Notes: generated by a model not told the origin, from the sequence alone. Counted from the first letter of the stretch, positions 18,167-26,998 are shown. The stretch: DNA of 32,000 nt from Akkermansia muciniphila ATCC BAA-835 (GCF_000020225.1 NC_010655.1:1590001-1622000), one strand, 5' to 3'. Program-made: numbers and translations.

Positions 18167-19486
18167 ATGTCCAGCGGAATGAAGGAACGCCTGTGCCGGA
18201 GCCTGGAAAAGGTGCTGCATGCGGAAACCCGCGAATTGCCTGCCGCAGCGGGGGGAATCCTCCTGTTTTTCCTGTTGTTCCTGGCCTATTCCATGTTGCG
18301 GCCGGTCCGGGAGACGATGGGCATTGCCGGAGGCGTTCAGAATCTGCAGTGGCTTTTTACGGCTACTTTCGCCGCTTCCATAGGGGGCCAGTTTTTATTC
18401 GGATGGATTTCCTCAAAGGTGCGGAGAAAGGCCATTCTTCCGTGGACGTACGGTTTTTTCATTCTTAACCTGGCGGTTTTTGCGGCGCTTGTGCTGGCAT
18501 GCCCGGGAAATGTCTGGACGGCCCGTTTGTTTTATGTGTGGCTGTCCGTATTTAACCTGCTTACCGTTTCCGTGGCGTGGAGCGTGCTGTCGGACGTCAT
18601 GAAGCCGGGGCAGATGAAACGCCTGTTTGCCCTGGTTGCCAGCGGAAGCAGCCTTGGGGCCATGGCGGGGCCGGCGGTGACGGCCGCCCTTGCCGGAGTG
18701 GCCGGCCTTTTGTGGTTGTTCCTTGCCGCCGCTGTTCTTCTGGCGCTGGCGATGCTGGCGGGAATGTACCTGCACCGCTGGCGTGACGGGAATTCCCCGG
18801 AAGATGAGGAAACGGGAGTTCTTCTTCCGGCCGATTGCCGGGAACGCCCTCTGGGAGGGAACCCGTTTGCCGGGGCGTCTGCCGTATTCCGGTCTCCCTT
18901 CCTGATGAGCATCGGGCTGTTCATCATCCTGCTGGCCGGGACCAATACGTTCCTGTATTTTGAGCTGATGAGCGTTGTAGCGTCTTCCTTTCCTGATCCG
19001 GTGCGCCAGACGCAGGTATTCGGAGTGCTGGACGTTGTTGTTCAGGGGTGTACCATGCTGCTTCAGGTATTTCTGGCGGGACGCATTGTTCGGAAATTCG
19101 GATTGGCGGCGCTGCTGGCGGCTGTCCCCGTTCTTATTTCCCTGGGTTTTGTATGGATGGCTTTCGCTCCGGTATTTGCCGTCGTGGCCGTGGTGATGGC
19201 GGTACGCCGCATCGGGGAATACGGAATGGTGCGTCCCGGCCGTGAAATGTTGAATTCCGTATTGTCCCCGGAAGAAAAATATAAAGCCAAGAGCTTTATT
19301 GATACGGTCCTTTACCGTGGCGGCGACGCCGTCAGCGCATGGCTGAAAAGCTCCTTTAACGTGTTGGGTGCCCATTCCCCGTGGGCCATGCTGGCCGGAG
19401 CCGCCATTTCCTTTCTTTGGGCGGCCACCGGATTCCTGCTTGCGGACAGGTTCCGGAAAATGGCCGGAGTACAGGGAAAGAAATGA
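18167..19486 (+). CDS. MFS-type transporter (about 12 TM; possibly of the nucleotide/ATP:ADP-translocase-like branch)
   Basis: 439 aa and multi-TM throughout. The N-terminal FLLFLAYSMLRPVRETMG resembles the TLC/Npt-like motif, but the subfamily is uncertain. Confidence 0.7.
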   Translation: MSSGMKERLCRSLEKVLHAETRELPAAAGGILLFFLLFLAYSMLRPVRETMGIAGGVQNLQWLFTATFAASIGGQFLFGWISSKVRRKAILPWTYGFFILNLAVFAALVLACPGNVWTARLFYVWLSVFNLLTVSVAWSVLSDVMKPGQMKRLFALVASGSSLGAMAGPAVTAALAGVAGLLWLFLAAAVLLALAMLAGMYLHRWRDGNSPEDEETGVLLPADCRERPLGGNPFAGASAVFRSPFLMSIGLFIILLAGTNTFLYFELMSVVASSFPDPVRQTQVFGVLDVVVQGCTMLLQVFLAGRIVRKFGLAALLAAVPVLISLGFVWMAFAPVFAVVAVVMAVRRIGEYGMVRPGREMLNSVLSPEEKYKAKSFIDTVLYRGGDAVSAWLKSSFNVLGAHSPWAMLAGAAISFLWAATGFLLADRFRKMAGVQGKK

Positions 19487-19931
19487 TCCTTATGGCGGGG
19501 AATTTTCCGTTTTGTCCGGATACGGCCCGCCAGATGCGGCAATTCCTGGTGATGCCTCTTTTCAGGCGGCTGCCGCCGTCAGAGGTGAACTGCTGGGATG
19601 CTGGGGAATCTGGCGCGTTTTGAAAAAGCGTGGCAAAGCCGTGTTCTGTGGAGGAATAAGTGCCAGGCCTTCCGTTGAGGGATAGTTGCAGGCAAGGGAT
19701 TGCGTGATGCCCTTGATGGCGGAAGCGGCGGGAGGCAAGACAGATGTTTTTCTCCGGCGATGAATAATTTCTGGAATGTTCTTTATTTGACGGCGGTTTC
19801 CCTCTGCGGCGGCAACATGCGGATTTTCAATCCGTTTCATGTGCCGGAGTGGATGGAGGGTTGCATGTGGCAGATGTCTTGCGGCATGGAGAAATTAATC
19901 TTTATTTTTAAAGTAACTTTTTTATATTAAA

Positions 19932-19960
19932 AATATTACATTTTGTTAAAATGTGATATT
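19932..19960. promoter_or_regulatory. 13+13 nt imperfect palindrome in the AT-rich intergenic region
   Basis: AATATTACATTTT-GTT-AAAATGTGATATT has one mismatch. It lies about 245 nt upstream of the PEP-CTERM gene start, inside the sharply AT-rich stretch 19,900-20,160. Confidence 0.3.
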
Positions 19961-20202
19961 AGTGTCAAAATTGTTTCCAAAAAAACAACAGGAAATGCCC
20001 GCCACGGCAGGGAGTTTTTTTGGAGGAAAAATCATCCTGAAAACAGGGTTGCAATGATACTTAAATTATTTTTCCACAATATTTAGTATTGATTCCGGGT
20101 TGAAAATCCGTTATTGAAGCCCAAGCCTCTGTGAGGCAAGTATGCTGGTCATCTTTCCGTTAGATGATTCCGTCATTACTATTGTTATATATTCCTCTGA
20201 TA

Positions 20203-21048
20203 ATGAAGAAGACACTCATTACGCTCATTGCTCTGGCGGGAATGGCTCATGCCGATTTTGTATGGAACGGCGGTGAGAGCATTACCCAGGAGCTTTGGCA
20301 GACAGAATCCAGCTGGTCCATCACCGGTTCAGATTCCTGGCCGTCGGCAGGAACCGGTCCCGGCACGCCCAATTCCAACGCATGGTCTCTTATTTCCGTT
20401 TCCGGTGCGAGCGGCAGCATTTCCCAGCTGGAAGGCTGGACATTGAAGCTTGCCCTGCAAAACGGTGCGGATTTGACTGTAGGGAACGTAAAAAAATTCC
20501 AGGGCGGCTGTTCTATTGATATTGATCAATCATCTACGCTGACCTTCAACAGTTATAACGGCGGCAACGATGGTGGGCGCACGACGTTGAACAACTACGG
20601 CACGTTTAACCTGGCTTATACCAAGAGCCAGGGCGGGGAAGGATTTTACGCCAATTTGGGAGCCACGGGCATCATGAACCTTACTTCCTCCAACGGTAAT
20701 TCATACAATGCCAAGATAGCAAGTCTGACTGCTACGCTGACTCTTGACGGAGGCACCGCCAGCGGAGTAACTGCCAGCGGTCATCAAATCCTGACCAGGA
20801 ACCTGGTTACCCTGGGAAGCAATATGTCTTTTGACGGCACGAACACTTCCCTGGAAATGCTCAGCGGCATTGCAGGCATTGATACCCTTACTGCTGTGGA
20901 CGATTTGACTAATGCCGAAGTAGGTTCTTATATGGTTACCAAGAATGAGAACGGGTACAGCGTTTCCTATGTGGTTCCCGAACCCGCAGCGGCTTCCCTG
21001 AGCCTGCTGGGCCTGGCTGGTCTGGCGATGCGCCGCCGCCGCAAGTAA
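20203..21048 (+). CDS. PEP-CTERM sorting-domain secreted protein
   Basis: Has the signal peptide MKKTLITLIALAGMAHA and the C-terminal VPEPAAASLSLLGLAGLAMRRRRK (PEP motif + TM + Arg cluster). The start was moved to ATG 20203. Confidence 0.85.
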   Translation: MKKTLITLIALAGMAHADFVWNGGESITQELWQTESSWSITGSDSWPSAGTGPGTPNSNAWSLISVSGASGSISQLEGWTLKLALQNGADLTVGNVKKFQGGCSIDIDQSSTLTFNSYNGGNDGGRTTLNNYGTFNLAYTKSQGGEGFYANLGATGIMNLTSSNGNSYNAKIASLTATLTLDGGTASGVTASGHQILTRNLVTLGSNMSFDGTNTSLEMLSGIAGIDTLTAVDDLTNAEVGSYMVTKNENGYSVSYVVPEPAAASLSLLGLAGLAMRRRRK

Positions 21049-21078
21049 CGGCAAACTTGGATTCCTGTTTCCATTCAG

Positions 21079-21112
21079 CTCCCTTCCGCGGTTAACGGAA
21101 GGGAGTTTTTTA
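21079..21112 (+). terminator. Rho-independent terminator of the PEP-CTERM gene
   Basis: CTCCCTTCCG-cggttaa-CGGAAGGGAG is followed by TTTTTTATT. The stem is 10 bp and perfect. Confidence 0.8.
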
Positions 21113-21586
21113 TTATTTCCCGGAAAGGCGGCGTATTTCCGGAAGATATCCGGGCGGAACGGGAGAGAGAAGCCGGGAGAGTGCGCATGCATGGGCCTAT
21201 TCTTCCCCGGAGGATGCCGTAACCGGATTAGCCCCGGCTATTGTTCTGCAACGCTGCAAGAGAGGAAAGGGGCCTGTTATTGCCGGGAGTAACCACTTTC
21301 TTTCAAAAAAAGTGGTAGGCCCGGTAGGAATTAATATGTTTATTTAGAATAATATATTATAAAATGTGTTCATTATTGTGATAATGTTGAGCACACGGAA
21401 GGATGAAAAATAGTCTGAAATAGGCCGAAAAAGGGAGTCTCCTTGAGCGTAGAGGCTCGAACTGGGTCATGGGTCATCTGTGTTTTTGCATGCATGGAGT
21501 TGAAAAATTTCATGCAACTATTCCAACAATGCAACGGGAAAAGTATAGGTTCAAGTAAAAGCCTGCGTGTCTGCCGTAGAGGAAAC

Positions 21587-21608
21587 GCAACGGGGCCGCA
21601 TTTGTATG
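21587..21608 (+). promoter_or_regulatory. Conserved start-proximal motif, copy A (GCAACG-N6-CATTTGT-ATG)
   Basis: GCAACG GGGCCG CATTTGT ATG, where the ATG is the gpW-like start at 21606. Confidence 0.6.
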
Positions 21609-21884
21609 TTACGGATTGCAAAAGCTCTTTATGCTTGGGGGGCGGTGGACGCTGATGAACGCATACCCCGTTTGAAAGAAGCTTTGGATAAGGCTGTTGA
21701 AGATATCATTGAAAACCAGGGAAAGGAAATCACTCAAGGGAACGTGGGGGACAGTTCATTCCAGTTCGCGCCAGGTTCCATGACTATTGATTTATGGGTG
21801 GAAGCTTTGGGGATTGCTATTCGTTCTCTTGAGCATGGCCGGTTTGAAGGAGGGAATAACGTTGCAAGGATAGTGTTTCGATGA
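21606..21884 (+). CDS. Putative head-tail joining protein (lambda gpW-like by position and size)
   Basis: A 92-aa protein immediately upstream of the portal gene and coupled to it by an ATGA overlap at 21881-21884. The helix-rich ..RLKEALDKAVEDIIENQGKEITQGNVGDSSFQF..SMTIDLWVEALGIAIRSLE loosely resembles gpW. The start is chosen at the conserved motif. Confidence 0.4.
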   Translation: MLRIAKALYAWGAVDADERIPRLKEALDKAVEDIIENQGKEITQGNVGDSSFQFAPGSMTIDLWVEALGIAIRSLEHGRFEGGNNVARIVFR

Positions 21885-23281
21885 AAGCAGGAAATGTCCA
21901 GATTTTGGATCAGTTCGGCCGGCCGTTTTCAAGCCGCCCCATTTACAAGAGCGGCAGTTATGATGACGGGCTGCAGCGGCTTCCGAATTATCTCAAAGAA
22001 CCGGAACAGCTTTCCGGGAACCTTACCCGGAAGAACCTTATTTCCGCATCCCGTCTGTTGTACAAAAATAATGGCGTTGTAAAAGGCGCCGTGAACATGA
22101 AGGCTGAATACTCTATCGGGAAAGCGTTTCTGTTCAAATCTCTGTGCAAGAATCCGGAAGTTGCGGCGAAGTATGACGAGTACATCAAGGCGTTTTACAA
22201 AGTTGCATGCGTGAACGGAAAGAATTTTCACTCGCTCCTGTATCTGATCTCCACCGCCATCGACATTGATGGGGATTGCTTTGTAATGTTGACGGAAAGC
22301 AAGACGGGGTTTCCTCAACTGCAATTTATCCGGGCAAACCGTGTTTGCTCTCCTAAAAATGGCCTTATTGACTCCGGAAAATATAAGGGATTGAACGTGC
22401 TGCACGGCGTCATAACCAATCGCATGGGACGTGAAATCGCTTATTGGCTGGACGGCGACGAACCAGGGGGAGGTGAAATCATCCCGGCATCCTCAATACT
22501 TCATATCGTGGATGACGACTTTCTTTCCACCTGCCGGGGCGAGCCTCTCTTCTCTCATGGCCTCAAGGAATTCCGATACATTGATGATATCAATACAGCC
22601 GAACTTGGGGCCATGAAGATTGCGTCACAAATTGCCCTGGTAAAAAAGAACGAAACGGGAGAAGTTGACATAACGCAGGCTTATGACAAACCGTCCAATA
22701 ATGGGGAGGTGCTCATCCGGAATACTGGTGATAAGCAAATTGTATTTTTGAAGTCTGAAGATTCCCTTGACTCCCTGAAGATTGAGCGCCCCTCTCCGAA
22801 CTACATGAGTTTTTCAGAACGGCTTCTGAAGGGCGTTTTATCCGGGGTGGGCGTGCCCTATGATATCGTGGTCAATCCGGACTCAAGCGGCGTTGGGAAC
22901 AGAATGTCTCTGTCCAAATTTGACAATACCACGCGAGATCGGGCCACGCTGCTTGAAGATGCTGCCAGACTGCTTGTACAGTATATCTTGGCCGTAGGTA
23001 TCCAGCGGGAGGACATCCCGCACGCGGAAGGCTGGTGGAACATGATGTTCAGCCGCGCCAAGCGTCCAAGCGTAGACATGGGCCGCGACTCCAACAGCCA
23101 GTTGAAAGAGTACAATGCCGGTATTAAAAACCTCACAGAAATCTGTGAGGAAAACGGAACGCAGGTTGAGGACCATTTGAGAATACGTGCCAGGGAAGCC
23201 GCCATTGCGGAGAAGTTGCGCCGTGAAGCTGAAGCAGAATTTGGAGTAGAAATCTCTCCGGATTATATCAGGAAGTTTTAA
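21881..23281 (+). CDS. Phage portal protein (lambda-B-like family)
   Basis: 466 aa, located between a gpW-like gene and an S49 prohead protease exactly as in the lambda W-B-C order. The acidic/coiled C-terminal region is typical of portals. Confidence 0.8.
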   Translation: MKAGNVQILDQFGRPFSSRPIYKSGSYDDGLQRLPNYLKEPEQLSGNLTRKNLISASRLLYKNNGVVKGAVNMKAEYSIGKAFLFKSLCKNPEVAAKYDEYIKAFYKVACVNGKNFHSLLYLISTAIDIDGDCFVMLTESKTGFPQLQFIRANRVCSPKNGLIDSGKYKGLNVLHGVITNRMGREIAYWLDGDEPGGGEIIPASSILHIVDDDFLSTCRGEPLFSHGLKEFRYIDDINTAELGAMKIASQIALVKKNETGEVDITQAYDKPSNNGEVLIRNTGDKQIVFLKSEDSLDSLKIERPSPNYMSFSERLLKGVLSGVGVPYDIVVNPDSSGVGNRMSLSKFDNTTRDRATLLEDAARLLVQYILAVGIQREDIPHAEGWWNMMFSRAKRPSVDMGRDSNSQLKEYNAGIKNLTEICEENGTQVEDHLRIRAREAAIAEKLRREAEAEFGVEISPDYIRKF

Positions 23282-23285
23282 TGTG

Positions 23286-24029
23286 ATGAAACCGTTATAT
23301 TGTGAAGAAACTGCATGGCTGGCGAAGATTCGCCAGCGGAAGAGCCTGGAACTGAAAGCCGCAGGGAATCCGGATTTTGACTTCTCATTTTTCATCCAGA
23401 CACGCCAAAAAGCGCGGGTAATTGGGTCATCCTTGGTGATTGACGTGATTGGGCCTCTATACGGTGACGGCGTGCCGTTGAATGAAGTCCTGGGCGGCAC
23501 GAATTATCAGTCCATCGTGAAGGAAATAAAGGGTGCTGCCGGGAACATTGATGAAGTTGTTTTCATTTTTGACTCTCCGGGAGGTGACGTGCAAGGCTGT
23601 CATGAAACAGCAGAATTGATTAAATCTCTGCCAGTGGAAACAGTGGCTTATGTCAAAGGCATGTGCTGCTCTGCCGCCTATTATTTGGCTTCCGCTTGTG
23701 ATCAAGTGGTCGTGACGGAAACGGCGCTGGTTGGCAGTATCGGGACGGTCATCAGCCTGTGGAATGCCAAGAGTGAGGAAATATTGACCATCACGAATGA
23801 TGATGCTGTTTTCAAGCATCCGGAAACCCCGATGAATACGGAGGCAATCGCCTATTACAGGGATTTGTGCAACAAGATCGCCGGGCGGTTTCAGGAATTT
23901 GTGGCTTCAGGACGTCCCGGTTTATCTGCGGATGCGTTTTCCGGCAAGGTTTTTGTGGCGGAAGATGCTGTTTCCCTGGGCCTGATTGATGATGTAATAC
24001 CCTGGGTCGATTTTCCTGGAGTGGTATGA
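23286..24029 (+). CDS. S49 (SppA/ClpP-like) prohead maturation protease
   Basis: VVFIFDSPGGDVQGCHETAELIKSL...YVKGMCCSAAYYLASACDQVVVTETALVGSIG is the S49 serine-protease core. ATG 23286 is preferred over GTG 23283. Confidence 0.9.
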   Translation: MKPLYCEETAWLAKIRQRKSLELKAAGNPDFDFSFFIQTRQKARVIGSSLVIDVIGPLYGDGVPLNEVLGGTNYQSIVKEIKGAAGNIDEVVFIFDSPGGDVQGCHETAELIKSLPVETVAYVKGMCCSAAYYLASACDQVVVTETALVGSIGTVISLWNAKSEEILTITNDDAVFKHPETPMNTEAIAYYRDLCNKIAGRFQEFVASGRPGLSADAFSGKVFVAEDAVSLGLIDDVIPWVDFPGVV

Positions 24030-24033
24030 AAAC

Positions 24034-24056
24034 GCAACGGTTTTGTCATAAGTATG
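24034..24056 (+). promoter_or_regulatory. Degenerate copy D of the start-proximal motif (GCAACG-N7-CATAAGT-ATG)
   Basis: AAACGCAACGG matches copy A over 11 nt. The spacer is one nt longer and the proximal box matches at 5 of 7 positions. The ATG is the scaffold-like gene start at 24054. Confidence 0.35.
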
Positions 24057-24443
24057 GCACTATTCAAGTCTGATCAAAATATCGTTGATGCGCTCAAACA
24101 AGAGCTTGCCCCTTTTGGGGCAGAAATGAAGAATGGGATTAAAGAAATCCAATCCTCTATTAAAGATCTTTGTGAGCGTGTCGAAGCCCTGGAAAAGGAG
24201 AATGTCAAGCTCCACGCATCCGTTGCCCTCAAGAAAAACCAGCTTGAGGAAGAAGCCGATACGAAGGCGAGCCAGAAGGCCGCTGAAATGGTGGCTGGTA
24301 TGGGACATAAAGCCGTAGTGGATAAGCCGGAAGACGGCGAAGAAAACTCCTCTATCCTGGAGCAGTACTCAGCTCTTTCCGGAGAGGAACAGAGGAAGTT
24401 TTATGCTGCTCATAAGGATGAGTTGGCAAAACTTTGCAAGTAA
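24054..24443 (+). CDS. Putative capsid scaffolding protein
   Basis: A 129-aa acidic protein predicted to form a coiled coil (..IKDLCERVEALEKENVKLHASVALKKNQLEEEADTKASQKAAE..), located between the protease and capsid genes. Confidence 0.5.
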   Translation: MALFKSDQNIVDALKQELAPFGAEMKNGIKEIQSSIKDLCERVEALEKENVKLHASVALKKNQLEEEADTKASQKAAEMVAGMGHKAVVDKPEDGEENSSILEQYSALSGEEQRKFYAAHKDELAKLCK

Positions 24444-24483
24444 TCAATAACAATATTAACGATTAAAACCATTTTTTAGAATT

Positions 24484-25320
24484 ATGGCTCTTTCAGATGC
24501 TCACAAGATAGTTATTCACAGTGAAGTCATTTCTTCTTTGCGTAAAGCTCTGGCTCCGCTGGAATACTTTAAGAAGGATTTCCGAATGGAGTATGCTTCT
24601 GAGATTAAATTCAAGAATGTAAAAGCCGCCGGAAATATTACTGAAAACCCTTCTGATTACCAGACGGATAAAGAAAATGAAGGGGATTTAATCCCCCTGT
24701 CACTTACTGAACTCCATCAACCCTGGCGCATTACGCCCGCCGAAAAGCGGAATGGGTGGAAATTGGCGGATTTGGCAAAAACGAACGCTACGGCGTTTGC
24801 CAATAACTTGAACAAGCGCATACTTTCCCTTGTTACAGCGGATGGAGCCAAGGTTATCGGTACGGCTGACGCTTTCACAAAGCGTAAGTGCATCAACCTC
24901 AGCGGAGACGTAGAATCCGACGAACCTCGCCTTTTGCTGGCGCCTGATTATTACCGAGCTATTCTTCCGGAAAATACGACGGAATTCCGGCTTGATGGAG
25001 GCGCTTACGGATTTGATTCCATCCATAAGGTCAAGACCTCCGTCTTTGCTGATAACGTAGTCGGTATTTCCTATGATGGAGGTGCGGTTGCTGTTGGTTC
25101 CGCCCTTCCGGAGATCGACGAGGCTTTCAAGGATGATATCCATTCCGAGGTCATTCAGGTGGAAGGTCTTGCTGGTCTTTCTATCCTGTTTTGCACTTGG
25201 CTTGATTTGAAAACTCGCGCGGAATGGGCTTCTCTGGGCCTGATGTTCGGGGCAAAGATTCTCGAGGCTGACAAGGTGAAAGGATACGTTGCCGCTGCTG
25301 TTGCGTCAGATGAAGGCTGA
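24484..25320 (+). CDS. Putative major capsid protein
   Basis: The call rests on position (after protease and scaffold, before a strong terminator) and on its clean, well-expressed-looking ORF of 278 aa. I recognise no family motif by eye. Confidence 0.55.
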   Translation: MALSDAHKIVIHSEVISSLRKALAPLEYFKKDFRMEYASEIKFKNVKAAGNITENPSDYQTDKENEGDLIPLSLTELHQPWRITPAEKRNGWKLADLAKTNATAFANNLNKRILSLVTADGAKVIGTADAFTKRKCINLSGDVESDEPRLLLAPDYYRAILPENTTEFRLDGGAYGFDSIHKVKTSVFADNVVGISYDGGAVAVGSALPEIDEAFKDDIHSEVIQVEGLAGLSILFCTWLDLKTRAEWASLGLMFGAKILEADKVKGYVAAAVASDEG

Positions 25321-25347
25321 TTTTCTTTGTATTCATGCTGGTGTTTA

Positions 25348-25377
25348 CCGTCCCGGATTTGTCCGGGGCGGTTTTTT
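25348..25377 (+). terminator. Rho-independent terminator after the capsid gene
   Basis: CCGTCCCGGA-tttg-TCCGGGGCGG (10 bp with one G.U pair) is followed by TTTTTT. Confidence 0.8.
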
Positions 25378-25379
25378 GT

Positions 25380-25401
25380 GCAACGCACCGCCATTTGTAT
25401 G
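25380..25401 (+). promoter_or_regulatory. Conserved start-proximal motif, copy B
   Basis: GCAACG CACCGC CATTTGT ATG begins 3 nt after the terminator T-run. The ATG is at 25399. Confidence 0.6.
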
Positions 25402-25698
25402 AGATTCACAGAGGCTGCCAACGTTGCTCACCGGAGTATTAACCGGGTATTACCACAGACAAAAATTGTCTACAATGGCCAGACGTACCGGGGGTACATG
25501 AATTCCCGGGACATAACCATTGAACGCCAGGAAGGAGGGTATTGCAACCAGCGTGACCGCATCATTCACATCCAGACAGGGGACGCTTTTCAGATTGGGG
25601 GGCGTGTGGGGTGCGAAGGGATGAAATTCAAGATTACCGCCGTCACAAGTAATTGTGTTTACAAGGTATTAACTTTATCAGCCGATTTATATGAGTAG
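25399..25698 (+). CDS. Putative head-tail connector/adaptor protein
   Basis: A 99-aa beta-rich small protein, the first gene after the capsid terminator. The start is set at the conserved motif, because the tracked start at 25327 would run through the terminator. Confidence 0.45.
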   Translation: MRFTEAANVAHRSINRVLPQTKIVYNGQTYRGYMNSRDITIERQEGGYCNQRDRIIHIQTGDAFQIGGRVGCEGMKFKITAVTSNCVYKVLTLSADLYE

Positions 25699-26446
25699 CA
25701 TGGAAGTCCGGATAGATGTGAAAGGAATGGATAGCGCCTTGAAAAAGGTGAAAACGAATATTGAGCGTTTCGGAAATTTATATACTACGTTGCTTGCCTA
25801 CAATACCGCTAGCGGGATGTGCTTTAACGCCACTCTTCCGCTGGGAAAAAATCGCAAATCAAAGGTTTCCGGAAGAAAATCCGGGGAAGGGTCTGTCAGC
25901 CGGGACGTTTCCCGCGCCGGGCGCGGTGTTGGATCGTTTATCAACCAACTAAAGGAAAGAGACATAAAAAGGGCAAGACAGGTTGCCGGCATGCTTTCTT
26001 TAAAGGCAGATCCTCAAAAGGCTGCCGAAGTGGCGACGGATGTTTTTGGGCAGGTTGTGCGCTTTTATCAGAGTTACAGCCCGGAATTTCATACTTCTGC
26101 CCGGAAGAATGGTCGTGTGTCCTCCTTTACTGGGAATGTCGTGCTCAATAGAAAGAGTACGGAGAACTATAAGAATAAGGTATTCAAGCATATCGGGAAG
26201 GCAAAATCAGGGTGGCTGATTAATACTTCTTATGGATGGGCTGCTCGTGCGCCTCAATGGATTGCGCGGCATGGGAAAAACGGGACAATCAAGAAGTTGC
26301 CTGATGGAAGTGTCGAAATAGAAAATAATCTGTCTTATGCCTCGGAGGCTATGCTTAAGGCGCTTGTACCGTTTGTCCAAACCAAGGCATTGCAGGCCAC
26401 GAACTTGAAATTGCACCATGAGTGGCAAAGGAGAAACAGGGTATGA
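25691..26446 (+). CDS. Hypothetical phage neck/head-completion protein (N-terminus HK97-gp10-like)
   Basis: It overlaps the upstream gene by 8 nt. The N-terminus MEVRIDVKGMDSALKKVKTNIERFGN resembles the gp10-family opening, and a basic low-complexity insert follows (KNRKSKVSGRKSGEG..). Confidence 0.4.
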   Translation: MSSMEVRIDVKGMDSALKKVKTNIERFGNLYTTLLAYNTASGMCFNATLPLGKNRKSKVSGRKSGEGSVSRDVSRAGRGVGSFINQLKERDIKRARQVAGMLSLKADPQKAAEVATDVFGQVVRFYQSYSPEFHTSARKNGRVSSFTGNVVLNRKSTENYKNKVFKHIGKAKSGWLINTSYGWAARAPQWIARHGKNGTIKKLPDGSVEIENNLSYASEAMLKALVPFVQTKALQATNLKLHHEWQRRNRV

Positions 26447-26778
26447 TTATGGATCGTGTCATCAGTCATTTGAGGAATTCCGGGTTTACTGTCTACAAAG
26501 CCGGGAATAACAGCGACATAGAACGGAAGCCCTGCGTCGTCATAGGCATGGTCGGGTATACTCAGCCTTGGACGCCTTTGCCCGCCAGGGAATATACGCT
26601 TTCCATGATTCTGATCAATAACCGGTCTGATTCGGAAATGGAAAGAACCCTTGTGGAGACGTTATTCCGGCTGGATTGTGGTGAACAGTGTGATTTTTTC
26701 AATATTACGGATTATTCGGCTACGCTGGATGATGATGACTGGGTAACTACCTGGACATTGCGTTATATTGAAAGATAG
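26443..26778 (+). CDS. Putative tail-completion/neck protein (DUF3168-like)
   Basis: An ATGA overlap joins it to the previous gene. MIMDRVISHLRNSGFTVYKAGN....KPCVVIGMVG resembles the DUF3168 opening. 111 aa. Confidence 0.4.
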   Translation: MIMDRVISHLRNSGFTVYKAGNNSDIERKPCVVIGMVGYTQPWTPLPAREYTLSMILINNRSDSEMERTLVETLFRLDCGEQCDFFNITDYSATLDDDDWVTTWTLRYIER

Positions 26779-26945
26779 TTTTATACTATTTTGATAATCA
26801 ATGGTTGTACTTCTTGTACCCCTTCATATCCTTTATTTCCGGCTTGGTTATCGTGCCGTTTTAGTCTTTTTACTCACGTTCTGAATGTGGGTTGAACTAC
26901 GCGTTAAACGTGTTGATGGGGAGCGAGAAATTTTTCAAAGTTTTC

Positions 26946-26967
26946 ATGAACTGAATATTCAGTTCAT
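26946..26967. promoter_or_regulatory. Perfect 22-bp palindrome upstream of the amidase gene (candidate operator)
   Basis: ATGAACTGAAT|ATTCAGTTCAT ends 31 nt before ATG 26999, within a 220-nt non-coding gap. Confidence 0.5.
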
Positions 26968-26998
26968 TCAACAATAAACGATTAGAAAGCATAACATT

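Noticed and set aside
3113-19375. Many long ORFs antisense to confident genes: 3113..4018, 6069..7088, 7149..8156, 8199..8918, 9021..9776, 9896..11584, 11860..12756, 13465..14328, 14675..16042, 16844..17995, 18413..19375, and the shorter ones nested within them.
   Set aside because: Each lies opposite a gene with unmistakable family motifs (frr, pyrH, MscS, AhpC, SNF, RecR, FabF, DinB, MFS). Their translations are R/G/P/H-rich low-complexity sequence, typical of stop-codon-poor antisense frames in high-GC DNA.
21440-21480. A tRNA-like fragment (..gtagaggctcgaactgggtc..) that might mark an att site at the left border of the phage cluster.
   Set aside because: I could not fold a T-arm or acceptor stem around it. 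The flanking 5-mers are not complementary, and there is no cloverleaf or CCA context.
22883-23500. A minus-strand 205-aa ORF, plus 21929..22405, 23457..23819, 24700..25143 and 30142..30435, inside the phage cluster.
   Set aside because: All are antisense to well-supported portal, protease, capsid or tape-measure frames, have no motifs, and would break the collinear + strand operon.
26811-26873. A 20-codon hydrophobic ORF (MVVLLVPLHILYFRLGYRAVL) read as a possible holin-like peptide upstream of the amidase.
   Set aside because: It is too short for a holin, has no charged C-terminal tail, and nothing supports its start. It is more likely chance in a non-coding gap.
26946-26967. The 22-bp palindrome read as a LexA/SOS box (GAAC...GTTC arms).
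   Set aside because: Its GAAC-N10-GTTC (CTG-N6-CAG) spacing does not match the classical CTG-N10-CAG box, the GAAC-N4-GTTC box, or the TGTTC-N4-GAACA box reported for Verrucomicrobia. No similar site lies upstream of dinB (17981-18166), the obvious SOS gene in this window.
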